Assembly (NCBI GenBank): GCA_041659225.1
Contig: JBAZYR010000007.1
Location: 1-59,812 of the forward strand
Length of the DNA: 59,812 nt
Direction of reading: 5' to 3'
Source: Candidatus Staskawiczbacteria bacterium
Lineage (GTDB): Bacteria; Patescibacteriota; Minisyncoccia; Minisyncoccales; Staskawiczbacteraceae
Position 1 is the stretch's first letter, and each line of letters begins with the position of its first letter. Shown one piece after another: positions 57,233-59,812 of the stretch. Under the pieces are notes generated by a model. That model did not search any database. It saw only the letters and a list, made by a program, of their open reading frames with translations, and was not told the DNA's origin. The position numbers and the translations under genes are program-made.

Positions 57233-58159
57233 TTATTTATTAACATTTTTAGCTAATTTCAGTTCTCTGAAAGAAAGACCCATAAAGATCGCCAGCATGA
57301 TAGTAGTATTCAGCGGAGCCAGCCAGAAAGGGTAATGCCGGCCGAATGCCTCCAGAACCATAAGACCCCCCAACATGCCTATTGAATACATCGCTCCGTT
57401 TTTTAAATAGGCAAATTTAGAAATTACATTTATTCCCCGTACTGTGAATTCCCTGACAACTAAAGCGCCCAAACCGTTTCCAATAAATATAAGGGGGATG
57501 GATATCGTGAAGGCAAAGGCACCGATTACGCCATCGATAGAAAATGAGGCGTCAAGGATTTCCAAATATAATATCTTGCTCCAGGCGCTTATACTAGACG
57601 TGAGTAGTTCCCTTTCCTTTTCCTCAGCATTTCTTTTAAATCCGTCGGTAATGAAATACGCGGTGGCTCCTATTGAAGCTGCAAGCGCTAAAAATGGGTT
57701 AACCTTAAGCGCAAAGTATATTATTACAGTGAAAAATAAGGAAGAACTTGCATAAAACCAAATTGACTGGCGGTGTATGAACTTCTCGACTAAAAAAGCG
57801 TATTTCTTCTCTTCCATAAACAGCCATCCGAGAAACACCATGAAAAGATACATCCCGCCTCCAAGCAACAAAAGAGGCTTAGATTTTTCAACGTAACCCT
57901 CAATTTCGGGGGTTGGGCTAAAAACGAAGGAGACAACCTGGAATAATGATAATCCTGGATTAGCGATCCAAACGATAATAAACGGCAACACGCCGCGGAC
58001 AACGAAAACCGCCAATATCAAACCCCAGAATAAAAAAATCTTCCTATACTTCTCTGGAAGAGTTTTCAGAACAGAGGCATTAATAATAGCGTTGTCGATA
58101 CTACTAATAACCTCAAAAAGGCACAGACCGAATATAACGATTAGAAATTCTACTATCAC
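57233..58159 (-). CDS. DUF475/TerC-related integral membrane protein
   Basis: N-terminal LFEVISSIDNAIINASVL signature; multi-TM. Confidence 0.6.
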   Translation of the reverse strand: MIVEFLIVIFGLCLFEVISSIDNAIINASVLKTLPEKYRKIFLFWGLILAVFVVRGVLPFIIVWIANPGLSLFQVVSFVFSPTPEIEGYVEKSKPLLLLGGGMYLFMVFLGWLFMEEKKYAFLVEKFIHRQSIWFYASSSLFFTVIIYFALKVNPFLALAASIGATAYFITDGFKRNAEEKERELLTSSISAWSKILYLEILDASFSIDGVIGAFAFTISIPLIFIGNGLGALVVREFTVRGINVISKFAYLKNGAMYSIGMLGGLMVLEAFGRHYPFWLAPLNTTIMLAIFMGLSFRELKLAKNVNK

Positions 58160-58162
58160 GTT

Positions 58163-58831
58163 TTAGAGGAGGCGAAAATTATTAATTACTAAACCAAAAC
58201 TATGGCCTAGATATTCCGCCGCCAATCTGCAAAAAACCATTCTGTCGGTAAAAATTTCAAAGTATTCCATTATTGGAACAAAGTTCGTATCGATTTTAAG
58301 CGTAAGAGTAATTCTTTTTTTTGTCTTATCCACCTTCAACTGACATTCTGTCGTAGCGTAATTAACCCTGTCATGAATATCTGTCTTTATATCCTCTATT
58401 TTCTTTGTAATCACGCGCGAGCGATGAACATCTGATTTATCGGCCAAAACAACTATGGCAGAAATAGGATTAGCGAAACTCATATCCTCCTGGCTTTTGT
58501 CATGGTTAGCTATGGCCTGCATCAGAACCCCGAGTTCATCGGAATCAAAATCCTTGTTGAATAGTTGGTAAAAAAGTATGGAAGTAAAATAATTATGATG
58601 GCTCCGGCTGATAAAATTACCCATGTCGTGGCAAAAGCTTGCTATTCCAGCCAGTTCCTGGGCTCTTGCGTCCAATCCGATGTCTTTGGCAATTCTTGTT
58701 GCTCTCTCGGCTGTTATATTAGCATGCCTTAAGCCGTGGTCGGTGAATGACAACGCAGACAAAGTTTTTTCTGTTTGGCCTATAAACTCCAATACGTGCT
58801 TATTTTGTTTAACCTGAGATAAGGTAATCAT
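58163..58831 (-). CDS. HD-domain phosphohydrolase
   Basis: HGLRHANITAERA ... FCHDMGN. Start uncertain (ATG 58831 or 58855). Confidence 0.75.
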   Translation of the reverse strand: MITLSQVKQNKHVLEFIGQTEKTLSALSFTDHGLRHANITAERATRIAKDIGLDARAQELAGIASFCHDMGNFISRSHHNYFTSILFYQLFNKDFDSDELGVLMQAIANHDKSQEDMSFANPISAIVVLADKSDVHRSRVITKKIEDIKTDIHDRVNYATTECQLKVDKTKKRITLTLKIDTNFVPIMEYFEIFTDRMVFCRLAAEYLGHSFGLVINNFRLL

Positions 58832-58871
58832 GTTTTTATTATAAAAGTATAACAAATTATTTCACCCCTTG

Positions 58872-59471
58872 CTAGGATGCCCTTCCCAATCGTGCTCCAA
58901 CTTCCTTCCAATCCACAATATTCCAAAAACCTTCAATAAACTTTGCTCTATCATTTTTATAATCTAAATAATAGGCATGTTCCCAAACATCTAAAACCAA
59001 TAAAAGACTGTAAGAGGGAAAAACATTCACATTATGTTTTTCGATTTGCATCATCAGCAGTTTTCGTCTTTCTGGATCAAACGTCAAAACTGCCCAGCCG
59101 GACCCTTCTACCGATAAAGCTGTCTGGCTAAATTCTTTTTTGAATCTTTCTATGCTGCCGAAGCTCTCGTCAATTAATTTCTTTAGCTCACCCTCCGGCT
59201 CAGATTTCGTCGGCGCTAAATTAGTCCAGAATAGATTATGGAGGGTATAGCCACCTGTGTGAAAGGATAATTCCTTGAGGGTTGCCTTAAAATCTAGCTC
59301 ACTATCTTCCTTTCGCGACTTTTCCAATCTTTCGAAAATAGCATTCGCACCATTCACGTACGCCTGATGATGCTTCTGGTGATGAATTCTTAATTGTTCT
59401 TCCGAAATGTATGGCTCTAAATCTTTATATCCATATGGTAATTGCAAAAGAGTGTATAATTTATTTTCCAT
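58872..59471 (-). CDS. sodA: Fe/Mn superoxide dismutase
   Basis: [29 protein letters not shown] ... [11 protein letters not shown]. Confidence 0.95.
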   Translation of the reverse strand: MENKLYTLLQLPYGYKDLEPYISEEQLRIHHQKHHQAYVNGANAIFERLEKSRKEDSELDFKATLKELSFHTGGYTLHNLFWTNLAPTKSEPEGELKKLIDESFGSIERFKKEFSQTALSVEGSGWAVLTFDPERRKLLMMQIEKHNVNVFPSYSLLLVLDVWEHAYYLDYKNDRAKFIEGFWNIVDWKEVGARLGRAS

Positions 59472-59480
59472 AGTTTTTTA

Positions 59481-59812
59481 TTAGGGTTGTAAAATATCCT
59501 CAATTCGGCCGTCTATCGAGATAACGACATCGCTGATTGTAGGAAATTGCTTTAGCGTTTCTATAATTTGACGACGGATAGCGGTTACTAAGCAGGATCC
59601 TCCAATCTGGTATTCCAACTGTGCGTTAAAATCTACCTTAGCGATGCCGTCTTCTATTGTTAAACTCTGGATTGTAACGCCTGGAGTTATACCAGTTGAG
59701 AACCCCTCGGCTTTTTCCGAATCCGTTGGACCCTTTAAAAGCTCTTCTAGGGCGGCCCTGGCAACTCCTTCGGTTTTAGGAATCTCCCGTTCAACGGAAT
59801 AAACATTCTCGC
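59481..59812 (-). CDS. GerMN-domain protein; partial, N-terminus beyond the window edge. Not in the ORF track.
   Basis: Manual translation: ...AALEELLKGPTDSEKAEGFSTGITPGVTIQSLTIEDGIAKVDFNAQ...IIETLKQFPTISDVVISIDGRIEDILQP*. Confidence 0.65.
   Translation of the reverse strand, partial: ENVYSVEREIPKTEGVARAALEELLKGPTDSEKAEGFSTGITPGVTIQSLTIEDGIAKVDFNAQLEYQIGGSCLVTAIRRQIIETLKQFPTISDVVISIDGRIEDILQP

Noticed and set aside
1-59812. A CRISPR array, rRNA genes or IS/transposase genes.
   Set aside because: I saw no short direct repeats with regular unique spacers, no rRNA-like conserved stretches and no transposase or integrase-like ORF. The only tandem repeats are in-frame coding repeats.

Overview
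This 59.8-kb window is AT-rich and almost entirely minus-strand coded. It looks like a Candidate Phyla Radiation (Patescibacteria/Parcubacteria-like) genome. Supporting observations: no rpmD (L30) between rpsE and rplO, DUF5652/DUF5679-type small proteins, GWINF-repeat and S74 tail-fibre-like giant surface proteins, and short or extended housekeeping proteins.

The backbone is the str-S10-spc-alpha ribosomal super-operon (rpsL, rpsG, fusA, tuf, rpsJ ... secY, adk, map // infA, rpmJ, rpsM, rpsK, rpsD, rpoA, rplQ, rplM, rpsI). About 9 kb is wedged between map and infA: tpiA, ykuK-like, a structured RNA, alaS, a membrane protein and a 1170-aa adhesin/protease.

Accessory content:
- A five-gene surface module at 32960-45026: two cohesin-like anchors, a dockerin protein, a Wzy_C-TPR membrane protein and a 1927-aa S74 tail-fibre-like protein.
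- A GC-richer HAF-repeat PEP-CTERM gene.
- A GC-rich islet of small genes.
- A CPHC-thioredoxin / CPLC-membrane operon.
- An Rrf2-NifS-NifU plus MnmA-ThiI sulfur cluster.

The most unusual signal is two paralogous GC-rich structured RNA elements, each running from a promoter to a terminator. One sits upstream of alaS, the other upstream of the mnmA-thiI operon. I could not assign either to a known RNA family by eye.

rplC carries a 1-nt frameshift in a homopolymer. All domain calls come from motif recognition only; no searches were run.
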